From the NCBI GenBank assembly GCA_002269645.1, contig NIVC01003445.1, positions 1-22,215 on the forward strand: a stretch of 22,215 nucleotides of DNA, in the 5' to 3' direction. Below the pieces are notes generated by a model that saw only the letters and a list, made by a program, of their open reading frames with translations, was not told the DNA's origin and searched no databases. This DNA comes from Macrostomum lignano. Its lineage: Eukaryota. A program made the translations under genes and the position numbers. Of the stretch, positions 1 to 14,800 are shown in pieces; within the stretch, counting starts at the first letter, position 1, and every line of letters begins with the position of its first letter.

Positions 1-1502
1 TCTCCCCCACCCCACTCTCCCCACTCCACCTCTCCCACTTCACTCTCCCCACTCCACTCTCCCCACTCCACTCTCCCCCACCCCACTCTCCCCACTCCAC
101 TCTCCCCCACTTCACTCTCCCCACTCCACTCTCCCCACTCCACTCTCCCCCACCCCACTCTCCCCACTCCACTCTCCCACTTCACTCTCCCACTCCACTC
201 TCCCCACTTCACTCTCCCCACTTCACTCTCCCCACTCCACTCTCTCCCCACTCCACTCTCCCCACTCCACTCTCCCCACTCCACCTCTCCCCACTCCACT
301 CTCCCCACTCCACTCTCCCCACTCCACTCTCCCCACTCCACTCTCCCCACTCCACTCTCCCCCCCACTTCACTCTCCCCACTCCACTCTCCCCACTCCAC
401 TCTCCCCCACCCCACTCTCCCCACTCCACTCTCCCCCACTTCACTCTCCCCACTCCACTCTCCCCACTTCACTCTCCCCACTTCACTCTCCCCACTCCAC
501 TCTCCCCACTTCACTCTCCCCACTCCACTCTCCCACTCCACTCTCCCCACTCCACTCTCCCCACTCCACTCTCCCCACTCCACTCTCCCCACTCCACTCT
601 CCCCACTCCACTCTCCCCACTCCACTCTCCCCACTCCACTCTCCCCACTCCACTCTCCCACTCCACTCTCCCCACTCCACTCTCCCCACTCCACTCTCCC
701 CACTCCACTCTCCCCACTCCACTCTCCCCACTCCACTCTCCCCACTCCACTCTCCCCACTCCACTCTCCCACTCCACTCTCCCCCACTCCACTCTCCCCC
801 ACTCCACTCTCCCCACTCCACTCTCCCCACTCCACTCTCCCCACTCCACTCTCCCCACTTCACTCTCCCCACTTCACTCTCCCCACTCCACTCTCCCACT
901 TCACTCTCCCCTCCACTCTCCCCACTCCACTCTCCCCACTCCACTCTCCCCACTCCACTCTCCCCACTCCACTCTCCCCACTCCACTCTCCCCACTCCAC
1001 TCTCCCCACTCCACTCTCCCCACTCCACTCTCCCCACTCCACTCTCCCCACTCCACTCTCCCCACTCCACTCTCCCCACTCCACTCTCCCCACTCCACTC
1101 TCCCCCACTCCACTCTCCCCACTCCACTCTCCCCACTCCACTCTCCCCACTCCACTCTCCCCACTCCACTCTCCCACTCCACTCTCCCCACTCCACTCTC
1201 CCCACTCCACTCTCCCCCACTCCACTCTTCTCCTCCACTCCACTCTCCCTACTTTTCTCTCCGCCTCTACTCTTCCCACGCCACTCTCCCCACTCCACTC
1301 TCCCCACTCCACTCTCCTCACTCCTCTCTCCCCACTCCACTCTCCTCACTCCACTCTCCCCACTCCACTCTCCCCACTCCACTCTCCCCACTCCACTCTC
1401 CCCACTCCACTCTCCCCACTCCTCTCTCCCCACTCCACTCTCCTCACTCCACTCTCCTCACTCCTCTCTCCCCACTCCACTCTCCTCACTCCTCTCTCCA
1501 CT
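1..1502. repeat. Intronic 14-bp tandem array (CTCCACTCTCCCCA)n, about 105 copies, truncated by the window edge
   Basis: Read directly. The plus strand is almost G-free. The 14-aa periodicity GRVEWGEWSGESGV in the track ORFs equals 3x14 nt. Confidence 0.97.
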
Positions 1503-1651
1503 CCCCTCTCCGTCACAATTCACGCCTCTTTTCCCCCACTCCTATCTCTATCGAAGCTGCCTTTTCTATGCTCTTCTCTCTCCCTCCGTCAGTCGTCCAT
1601 TGCCAGTAATCTCTGCCTCCTCCCGAACAGAACAGTGAGGGCGGCAATTCA

Positions 1652-1975
<324 letters not shown>

Positions 1976-2013
1976 CTAAAATAGGAAATCATACCGGCAT
2001 GGAAACTGCCTAC

Positions 2014-2114
2014 CTTGATGTTGCGCGGCTTATTTAGCCGAAAGTGCGGCAACCGGTGCATTCGGCTCGGCGAGTTGAAGTCAGATGGCCGAAGTATTTG
2101 GCGTACAGCAGGCG
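2014..2114 (-). CDS. PHTF: PHTF-like exon 8 containing a 1-nt frameshift (RLLYAKYFGHLTSTRRA / RMHRLPHFRLNKPRNIK)
   Basis: ttttcctcag| ... aag|gtaggc, 101 nt where 102 is needed. The two halves lie in different track ORFs (2034-2363 and 1954-2256). Together they match PHTF [34 protein letters not shown]. Confidence 0.85.
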
Positions 2115-2172
2115 CTGAGGAAAATTTGGGGGTGGGAGCGGCCGGTTCGAGTTGGAGGGTTGGCAGTGTATA

Positions 2173-3758
<1,586 letters not shown>

Positions 3759-3764
3759 TTATTT

Positions 3765-3825
3765 GGGTAAACGGCGCGAGTAACTATAACTATAGGCATA
3801 GCAGTGTGCCTCGCCATCTAATTAG
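3765..3825 (+). other. Degenerate fragment of LSU (28S-type) rRNA, helix 69-71 region, inside a 107-nt intron
   Basis: GGGTAAACGGCGCGAGTAACTATAACTATAGGCA--TAGCAGTGTGCCTCGCCATCTAATTAG versus the conserved 28S GGGTAAACGGCGGGAGTAACTATGACTCTCTTAAGGTAGCCAAATGCCTCGTCATCTAATTAG: about 49 of 63 positions identical by hand against a remembered consensus. Not a functional rRNA gene. Confidence 0.8.
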
Positions 3826-3847
3826 GCACACCAAGCCAGTTACGAAC

Positions 3848-4024
3848 CTTTTGGTTCTGCCGCAGCCAGACCGATAGTGACTCTTCATCTTCTTCGGCCC
3901 TGTCGGAGCCGTCAAAACCGCCGGTCAGTTCGTCGAAGCCGATGGCGCTGCAAATGTCGCTGTCAGCAGAGGCGTCCGAATTTATGTCCGAGGGCAGCCG
4001 CTCAAAGTCTGAGAGTTGGCTCTC
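3848..4024 (-). CDS. PHTF: PHTF-like exon 6 (ESQLSDFERL..EEDEESLSVWLRQNQK)
   Basis: tttctttttgccgcag| ... aag|gttcgt, 177 nt, phase 0-0, in track ORF 3818-4033. Acidic linker; the phases join the neighbouring exons in frame. Confidence 0.8.
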
Positions 4025-4193
4025 CTGCGGCAAAAAGAAAACGCTTTTATTGCCTTTTTAAAACCCAATTAAGTACGCATACAGGTGCCCTCTTGCCTAA
4101 TTAATGCCCCACGTACCACCCAGTCCTCATCCCCAGTCCCAGGTGCACTCTTAACAGGTAAAAATTACAGATCCCTACAGTCCTTTCCTAGTA

Positions 4194-4300
4194 AATATCC
4201 CAGACCCCACGAAAATACTCCAAATCCCACCCAGTAAACATCCCAGATCCCACCCAGTAAACATCCCAGATCCCACCCAGTAAATATCCCAGATCCCAGC
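4194..4300. repeat. Short 23-bp tandem repeat (ATCCCACCCAGTAAACATCCCAG), about 4.5 copies
   Basis: Unit starts at 4224, 4247, 4270 and 4293. Lies just inside the intron next to the 4311 donor. Confidence 0.9.
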
Positions 4301-4310
4301 CAGCCCTCAC

Positions 4311-5104
4311 CCAGGTGTCCTCATCGGACACGTCGGCCCTGCCCGCATTGCTGGACAAGTCGGTGACACCGTGGCACCAGCAAAGTCGCTCCGCATGGTT
4401 GTTGTCGCAACTGCTGGCTCCTTCGACCCCGCCGCCAATCGAGGGTCCGAATTCCATCGACAGGCCACCGCCGCCGCCGCCGCCGCTGCCGATGCCGACA
4501 ACGCCGACGCTGCACCGGATGGAGTCCGGCTCGCTGCTGCAGTGCGGCTCATCGATGACCAGCGGAACCTGCGAATCCAGCGGCAGCGACTGCAGCGACG
4601 GCGTCGGCGTGGGCGAGAAAGTCTGGCCGAGGGGGTCGGGCAGGCTGAAAGCAGCGGCATAGGGACTCGAACTTCGGGACGCGCTGAGCTGGCTGTCGTG
4701 TCCGTTGGGGCTGCCCGATGTTGGCGGCGGCGGAGAGGCAGCGGCGGCAGCAGAGGCGGCGGCGGTGTTGGTGGCGGCGATGTAGGACTGCAGCAGGCCG
4801 AGCGCCAAGAACAGGCAGCAGGGCCAGGCGCAGTCGGACAGGATAGCCAGGCTCACAGGCGACCAGCTGGTACGGCTCTCCTCACTGATATTACTGCTCA
4901 AGTAGCTGCCGTGACAGTCGAGGATGCCCAGCACCAGGTAGCCCAGCAGCAGCCAGTACAACAGGTGGATGGCCGCGGCCACCGAGGCGCTGGTGTGGCA
5001 GCGCCACCAGGTGAGGCTCAGCGGCAGCAGCAGGGTGCGGAACAGGCCGCTGAGCAGGATGCTGGGCGGCCGCTGCTGCGGCTTTGCCTTCTCGAATGAC
5101 CAGC
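4311..5104 (-). CDS. PHTF: PHTF-like exon 5 ([29 protein letters not shown].., hydrophobic segments, then low-complexity loop ..DEDTW)
   Basis: tctccccacccag|gc tgg ... acc tgg|gtgagg, 794 nt (2 nt + 264 codons), within track ORF 4188-5180. The start aligns with PHTF GSAFAKAKPE..RVVFFPFFFRWWLQVTS. Two hydrophobic stretches are followed by Ala/Pro/Ser/Gly runs. Confidence 0.9.
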
Positions 5105-5184
5105 CTGGGTGGGGAGAGCAGCAGGAGAAACGGGGCGCTTGAGTCCCTGTAGTGATTTTGTTGCTAGGGCTACCCAGCACTCTT

Positions 5185-5292
5185 GCTTCCCTCCCTCAGT
5201 CTATTTTTCACCTCTTACTCTCCCTCCTCGTCTTTCTCTTTCTTCCCCCTCTTCCTCCCTCTTCTCCCTCTTTTTGCTTCTTTTCTCCTCTT
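5185..5292. repeat. Low-complexity polypyrimidine (CT-rich) tract in intron 5105-5479
   Basis: Nearly continuous C/T on the plus strand, so purine-rich in the pre-mRNA. Confidence 0.8.
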
Positions 5293-5479
5293 CACGATAG
5301 AAATACGCAATTTCCTAACAAAACACAAACATATTATCAAAATAATAACATTCCAAACTTATCAGATGAATGCAGAAGATAAAAGAATGAACATTAAACA
5401 AAATATATATTAACAACTGGCCGTAGCAGCTGCTTAGCTAACGGTCCCAAACAACTAACACTAGAATTTCAACCCTCAC

Positions 5480-5552
5480 CGATCACCAAATCAACATCGA
5501 CAAGGTGATAATTGGGCCGTTTGCCGCTCTTTACGTGTCGGCCTTCCAGATT
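5480..5552 (-). CDS. PHTF: PHTF-like exon 4 (NLEGRHVKSGKRPNYHLVDVDLVI-G)
   Basis: tacattag| ... atc g|gtgagg, 73 nt, phase 0-1. HLVDVDLVIG matches the PHTF signature DLIDVDLVRG. Confidence 0.9.
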
Positions 5553-5691
5553 CTAATGTATTCGAAATTTGATTTAATTAGCGTAACAATGACAATGGTA
5601 ATATGCTGGGTTTCTGGGATCTTTCATACGACTTGAAAAGCAGCCAAAACTGAAGTTGCAGCCAGCCTAAGTAACTCGGATTTGCACTTAC

Positions 5692-5748
5692 CGATAAGAT
5701 CAGCTGCTCGGTACTCTGCTCCCAGCTCTTCTGATCGTATCGGCTGAG
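5692..5748 (-). CDS. PHTF: PHTF-like exon 3 (LSRYDQKSWEQSTEQLILS)
   Basis: tttcacctgcag| ... tcg|gtaagt, 57 nt, phase 0-0. Matches the PHTF motif IGAYDQQIWEKSVEQREIK. Confidence 0.88.
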
Positions 5749-5820
5749 CTGCAGGTGAAAATTGAATATACAATTATTTTATGCAAAGTGTCTATTTGCA
5801 ATGCAATCTTCCAGTTGCAA

Positions 5821-8800
5821 ACACCCACACTACCAAGGCATCCACACTGCCAGACACCCACACTACCAAGGCATCCACACTGCCAGACAACCACACTACC
5901 AAGGCATGCACACTACCAAGGCACTAACACTACCAGACACCCACACTACCAGACACCCACACTACCAAGGCATCCACACTGCCAGACACCCACACTACCA
6001 AGGCATGCACACTACCAAGGCACTAACACTACCAGACACCCACACTACCAAGGCATCCACACTGCCAGACACCAACACTACCAAGGCATGCACACTACCA
6101 AGGCACTAACACTACCAGACACCCACACTACCAGACACCCACACTACCAAGGCATCCACACTGCCAGACACCCACACTACCAAGGCATGCACACTACCAA
6201 GGCACTAACACTACCAGACACCCACAATACCAGACACCCACACTACCAGACACCCACACTACCAGACACCCACACTACCAAGGCACTAACACTACCAGAC
6301 ACCCACAATACCAGACACCCACACTACCAGACACCAACACTACCAGACACCCACACTTCCAGACACCCACACTACCAGACACCCACATTACCAGACACCC
6401 ACACTACAAGACACCCACACTACCAGACACCAACACTACCAGACACCTACACTGCCAGACACCAACACTGCCAGACACCAACACTACCAGACACCCACAC
6501 TACCAGACACCCACACTGCCAGACACCAACACTACCAGACACCCACACTGCCAGACACCCACACTACCAGACACCCACACTGCCAGACACCCACACTACC
6601 AGACACCCACACTGCCAGACACCCACACTACCAGACACCCATACTGCCAGACACCCACACTAACAGACACCCACACTACCAGACACCCACACTGCCAGAC
6701 ACCAACACTACCAGACACCAACACTACCAGACACCCACACTACCAGACACCCACACTGCCAGACACCAACACTACCAGACACCCACACTGCCAGACACCC
6801 ACACTATCAGACACCCACACTACCAGACACCAACACTACCAGACACCCATACTGCCAGACACCCACACTACCAGACACCCATACTGCCAGACACCCACAC
6901 TAACAGACACCCACACTGCCAGACACCCACACTGCCAGACACCAACACTACCAGACACCAACACTGCCAGACACCGACACTGCCAGACACCAACACTACC
7001 AGACACCGACACTGCCAGACACCAACACTACCAGACACCAACACTACCAGACACCCACACTACCAGACACCAACACTACCAGTCACCAACACTACCAGAC
7101 ACCAACACTACCAGACACCAACACTACCAGACACCCATACTGCCAGACACCCACACTACCAGACACCCACACTGCCAGACACCAACACTACCAGACACCC
7201 ACACTGCCAGACACCAACACTACCAGACACCAACACTACCAGACACCCACACTGCCAGACACCAACACTACCAGACACCAACACTACCAGACACCCACAC
7301 TGCCAGACACCAACACTACCAGACACCCACACTGCCAGACACCCACACTACCAGACACCCACACTGCCAGACACCCACACTACCAGACACCCACACTGCC
7401 AGACACCCACACTACCAGACACCCATACTGCCAGACACCCACACTAACAGACACCCACACTACCAGACACCCACACTGCCAGACACCAACACTACCAGAC
7501 ACCAACACTACCAGACACCAACACTACCAGACACCCACACTACCAGACACCCACACTACCAGACACCCACACTGCCAGACACCCACACTACCAGACACCC
7601 ACACTACCAGACACCCACACTGCCAGACACCCACACTACCAGACACCCACACTGCCAGACACCCACACTACCAGACACCCACACTGCCAGACACCAACAC
7701 TACCAGACACCCACACTGCCAGACACCCACACTACCAGACACCCACACTACCAGACACCCACACTGCCAGACACCACACTACCAGACACCAACACTACCA
7801 GACACCCTCACTACCAGACACCAACACTACCAGACACCCACACTGCCAGACACCAACACTACCAGACACCAACACTACCAGACACCAACACTGCCAGACA
7901 CACACACTACCAGACACCCACACTACCAGACACCCACACTGCCAGACACCAACACTACCAGACACCAACACTACCAGACACCGACACTGCCAGACACCCA
8001 TACTGCCAGACACTAACACTACCAGACACCCACACTGCTAGACACCCACACTACCAGACACCCATACTGCCAGACACCAACACTACCAGACACCCACACT
8101 ACCAGACACCCACACTGCCAGACACCCACACTACCAGACACCCACACTGCCAGAAAGCCACACTACCAGACAGCCACACTACCAGACACCAACACTACCA
8201 GACACCCTCACTACCAGACACCAACACTACCAGACACCCACACTGCCAGACACCAACACTACCAGACACCCACACTACCAGACACCCATACTGCCAGACA
8301 CCCACACTACCAGAAACTCACACTACCAGACACCAACACTACCAGACACCCACACTACCAGACACCCACACTGCCAGACACCCACACTACCAGACACCCA
8401 CACTGCCAGACACCCACACTACCAGACACCCACACTGCCAGACAGCCACACTACCAGACACCCATACTGCCAGACACCAACACTACCAGACACCCACACT
8501 ACCAGACACCAACACTACCAGACACCCACACTACCAGACACCCACACTACCAGACACCCACACTACCAGACACCCATACTGCCAGACACCAACACTACCA
8601 AAAACTTACACTACCAGACACCCACACTACCAGACACCAACACTACCAGACACCAACACTACCAGACACCCACACTGCCAGACAGCCACACTACCAGACA
8701 CCCATACTGCCAGACACCAACACTACCAGACACCAACACTACCAGACACCCACACTACCAGACACCCACACTGCCAGACACCAACACTACCAGACACCCA

Positions 8801-11800
8801 CACTGCCAGACACCCACACTATCAGACACCCACACTACCAGACACCAACACTACCAGACACCCATACTGCCAGACACCCACACTACCAGACACCCATACT
8901 GCCAGACACCCACACTAACAGACACCCACACTGCCAGACACCAACACTACCAGACACCAACACTGCCAGACAGCCACACTACCAGACACCCATACTGCCA
9001 GACACCCACACTACCAGACACCCATACTGCCAGACACCCACACTACCAGACACCAACACTACCAGACACCCATACTGCCAGACACCCACACTACCAGACA
9101 CCCACACTGCCAGACAGCCACACTACCAGACACCCATACTGCCAGAAACCCACACTACCAGACACCCACACTGCCAGACACCAACACTACCAGACACCAA
9201 CACTACCAGACACCCACACTACCAGACACCCACACTGCCAGACACCAACACTACCAGACACCCACACTGCCAGACACCCACACTATCAGACACCCACACT
9301 ACCAGACACCAACACTACCAGACACCCATACTGCCAGACACCCACACTACCAGACACCCATACTGCCAGACACCCACACTAACAGACACCCACACTGCCA
9401 GACACCAACACTACCAGACACCAACACTACCAGACACCCATACTGCCAGACACCCACACTACCAGACACCCATACTGCCAGACACCCACACTAACAGACA
9501 CCCACACTGCCAGACACCCACACTACCAGTCACCAACACTACCAGACACCCACACTACCAGACACCCACACTGCCAGACACCAACACTACCAGACACCCA
9601 CACTGCCAGACACCCACACTATCAGACACCCACACTACCAGACACCAACACTACCAGACACCCATACTGCCAGACACCCACACTACCAGACACCCATACT
9701 GCCAGACACCCACACTACCAGACACCAACACTACCAGACACCAACACTACCAGACACCAACACTACCAGACACCCACACTGCCAGACAGCCACACTACCA
9801 GACACCCATACTGCCAGACAATCACACTACCAGACACCCACACTGCCAGACACCAACACTACCAGACACCAACACTACCAGACACCCTCACTACCAGACA
9901 CCAACACTACCAGACACCCACACTGCCAGACACCCACACTACCAGACACCAACACTACCAGACACCCTCACTACCAGACACCAACACTACCAGACACCCA
10001 CACTGCCAGACACCCACACTACCAGACACCCACACTGCCAGACACCAACACTACCAGACACCAACACTACCAGAAACTCACACTACCAGACACCAACACT
10101 ACCAGACACCAACACTACCAGACACCAACACTACCAGACACCCACACTACCAGACACCCATACTGCCAGACACCAACACTACCAGACACCAACACTACCA
10201 GACACCCATACTGCCAGACACTAACACTACCAGACACCCACACTGCTAGACACCCACACTGCCAGACACCAACACTACCAGACACCCACACTGCCAGACA
10301 CCAACACTACCAGACACTAACACTGCCAGACACCCACACTACCAGACACCCACACTACCAGACACCCACACTGCCAGACACCAACACTACCAGACACCCA
10401 CACTGCCAGACACCAACACTACCAGACACCAACACTACCAGACACCCATACTGCCAGACACCCACACTACCAGACACCCACACTGCCAGACACCAACACT
10501 ACCAGACACCCACACTGCCAGACACCAACACTGCCAGACACCAACACTACCAGACACCCACACTGCCAGACACCAACACTACCAGACACCAACACTACCA
10601 GACACCCACACTGCCAGACACCAACACTACCAGACACCCACACTGCCAGACACCCACACTACCAGACACCCACACTGCCAGACACCCACACTACCAGACA
10701 CCCACACTGCCAGACACCCACACTACCAGACACCCATACTGCCAGACACCCACACTAACAGACACCCACACTACCAGACACCCACACTGCCAGACACCAA
10801 CACTACCAGACACCAACACTACCAGACACCAACACTACCAGACACCAACACTACCAGACACCCACACTACCAGACACCCACACTACCAGACACCCACACT
10901 GCCAGACACCCACACTACCAGACACCCACACTACCAGACACCCACACTGCCAGACACCCACACTACCAGACACCCACACTGCCAGACACCCACACTACCA
11001 GACACCCACACTGCCAGACACCAACACTACCAGACACCCACACTGCCAGACACCCACACTACCAGACACCCACACTACCAGACACCCACACTGCCAGACA
11101 CCCACACTACCAGACACCAACAATACCAGAAACCCTCACTACCAGACACCAACACTACCAGACACCCACACTGCCAGACACCAACACTACCAGACACCAC
11201 ACTACCAGACACCAACACTGCCAGACACACACACTACCAGACACCCACACTACCAGACACCCACACTGCCAGACACCAACACTACCAGACACCAACACTA
11301 CCAGACACCGACACTGCCAGACACCCACACTGCCAGACACCCACACTACCAGACACCCACACTGCAGACACCCACACTACCAGACACCCATACTGCCAGA
11401 CACCAACACTACCAGACACCCACACTACCAGACACCCACACTGCCAGACACCCACACTACCAGACACCCACACTGCCAGAAAGCCACACTACCAGACAGC
11501 CACACTACCAGACACCAACACTACCAGACACCCTCACTACCAGACACCAACACTACCAGACACCCACACTGCCAGACACCAACACTACCAGACACCCACA
11601 CTACCAGACACCCATACTGCCAGACACCCACACTACCAGAAACTCACACTACCAGACACCAACACTACCAGACACCCACACTACCAGACACCCACACTGC
11701 CAGACACCCACACTACCAGACACCCACACTGCCAGACACCCACACTACCAGACACCCACACTGCCAGACAGCCACACTACCAGACACCCATACTGCCAGA

Positions 11801-14800
11801 CACCAACACTACCAGACACCCACACTACCAGACACCAACACTACCAGACACCCACACTACCAGACACCCACACTACCAGACACCCACACTACCAGACACC
11901 CATACTGCCAGACACCAACACTACCAAAAACTTACACTACCAGACACCAACACTACCAGACACCAACACTACCAGACACCAACACTACCAGACACCCACA
12001 CTGCCAGACACCCACACTACCAGACACCCATACTGCCAGACACCAACACTACCAGACACCAACACTACCAGACACCCACACTACCAGACACCCACACTGC
12101 CAGACACCAACACTACCAGACACCCACACTGCCAGACACCCACACTATCAGACACCCACACTACCAGACACCAACACTACCAGACACCCATACTGCCAGA
12201 CACCCACACTACCAGACACCCATACTGCCAGACACCCACACTAACAGACACCCACACTGCCAGACACCAACACTACCAGACACCACACTGCCAGACAGCC
12301 ACACTACCAGACACCCATACTGCCAGACACCCACACTACCAGACACCCATACTGCCAGACACCCACACTACCAGACACCAGCACTACCAGACACCCATAC
12401 TGCCAGACACCCACACTACCAGACACCCACACTGCCAGACAGCCACACTACCAGACACCCATACTGCCAGAAACCCACACTACCAGACACCCACACTGCC
12501 AGACACCAACACTACCAGACACCAACACTACCAGACACCCACACTACCAGACACCCACACTGCCAGACACCAACACTACCAGACACCCACACTGCCAGAC
12601 ACCCACACTATCAGACACCCACACTACCAGACACCAACACTACCAGACACCCATACTGCCAGACACCCACACTACCAGACACCCATACTGCCAGACACCC
12701 ACACTAACAGACACCCACACTGCCAGACACCAACACTACCAGACACCAACACTACCAGACACCCATACTGCCAGACACCCACACTACCAGACACCCATAC
12801 TGCCAGACACCCACACTAACAGACACCCACACTGCCAGACACCCACACTACCAGTCACCAACACTACCAGACACCCACACTACCAGACACCCACACTGCC
12901 AGACACCAACACTACCAGACACCCACACTGCCAGACACCCACACTATCAGACACCCACACTACCAGACACCAACACTACCAGACACCCATACTGCCAGAC
13001 ACCCACACTACCAGACACCCATACTGCCAGACACCCACACTAACAGACACCCACACTGCCAGACACCAACACTACCAGACACCAACACTACCAGACAACC
13101 ACACTGCCAGACAGCCACACTACCAGACACCCATACTGCCAGACAATCACACTACCAGACACCCACACTGCCAGACACCAACACTACCAGACACCAACAC
13201 TACCAGACACCCTCACTACCAGACACCAACACTACCAGACACCCACACTGCCAGACACCCACACTACCAGACACCAACACTACCAGACACCCTCACTACC
13301 AGACACCAACACTACCAGACACCCACACTGCCAGACACCCACACTACCAGACACCCACACTGCCAGACACCAACACTACCAGACACCAACACTACCAGAA
13401 ACTCACACTACCAGACACCAACACTACCAGACACCAACACTACCAGACACCAACACTACCAGACACCCACACTACCAGACACCCATACTGCCAGACACCA
13501 ACACTACCAGACACCAACACTACCAGACACCCATACTGCCAGACACCAACACTACCAGACACCCACACTGCTAGACACCCACACTGCCAGACACCAACAC
13601 TACCAGACACCCACACTGCCAGACACCAACACTACCAGACACTAACACTGCCAGACACCCACACTACCAGACACCCACACTACCAGACACCCACACTGCC
13701 AGACACCAACACTACCAGACACCCACACTGCCAGACAGCCACACTACCAGACACCCATACTGCCAGACACCCACACTACCAGACACCCATACTGCCAGAC
13801 ACCCACACTACCAGACACCAGCACTACCAGACACCCATACTGCCAGACACCCACACTACCAGACACCCACACTGCCAGACAGCCACACTACCAGACACCC
13901 ATACTGCCAGAAACCCACACTACCAGACACCCACACTGCCAGACACCAACACTACCAGACACCAACACTACCAGACACCCACACTACCAGACACCCACAC
14001 TGCCAGACACCAACACTACCAGACACCCACACTGCCAGACACCCACACTATCAGACACCCACACTACCAGACACCAACACTACCAGACACCCATACTGCC
14101 AGACACCCACACTACCAGACACCCATACTGCCAGACACCCACACTAACAGACACCCACACTGCCAGACACCAACACTACCAGACACCAACACTACCAGAC
14201 ACCCACACTGCCAGACACCCACACTGCCAGACACCAACACTACCAGACACCCACACTGCCAGACACCAACACTACCAGACACCCACACTACCAGACACCC
14301 ACACTGCCAGACACCAACACTACCAGACACCCACACTGCCAGACACTCATACTGCCAGACACCCACACTACCAGAAACTCACACTACCAGACACCAACAC
14401 TACCAGACACCCACACTACCAGACACCCACACTGCCAGACACCCACACTACCAGACACCCACACTGCCAGACACCCACACTACCAGACACCCACACTGCC
14501 AGACAGCCACACTACCAGACACCCATACTGCCAGACACCCACACTACCAGACACCCACACTGCCAGACACCAACACTACCAGACACCAACACTACCAGAC
14601 ACCCTCACTACCAGACACCAACACTACCAGACACCCACACTGCCAGACACCCACACTACCAGACACCAACACTACCAGACACCCTCACTACCAGACACCA
14701 ACACTACCAGACACCCACACTGCCAGACACCAACACTACCAGACACCCACACTACCAGACACCCATACTGCCAGACACCCACACTACCAGAAACTCACAC

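Noticed and set aside
209-1433. Track ORFs with GRVEWGEWSGESGV repeats
   Set aside because: Translations of the 14-bp array; open in several frames only because the unit lacks stop codons.
4315-5099. Plus-strand ORFs (242 aa and 115 aa) opposite PHTF exon 5, and similar ones at 3320-3749
   Set aside because: Antisense shadows of GC-rich coding exons; the minus frame carries the family motifs and splice signals.
5438-5448. TAACGGTCC resembling part of the I-CeuI / 23S site
   Set aside because: Only 9 nt with no flanking rRNA similarity; expected by chance.
5755-14366. Long His/Thr/Pro-rich plus-strand ORFs and Val/Trp/Cys-rich minus-strand ORFs
   Set aside because: Frame artefacts of the 16-mer satellite inside a PHTF intron.
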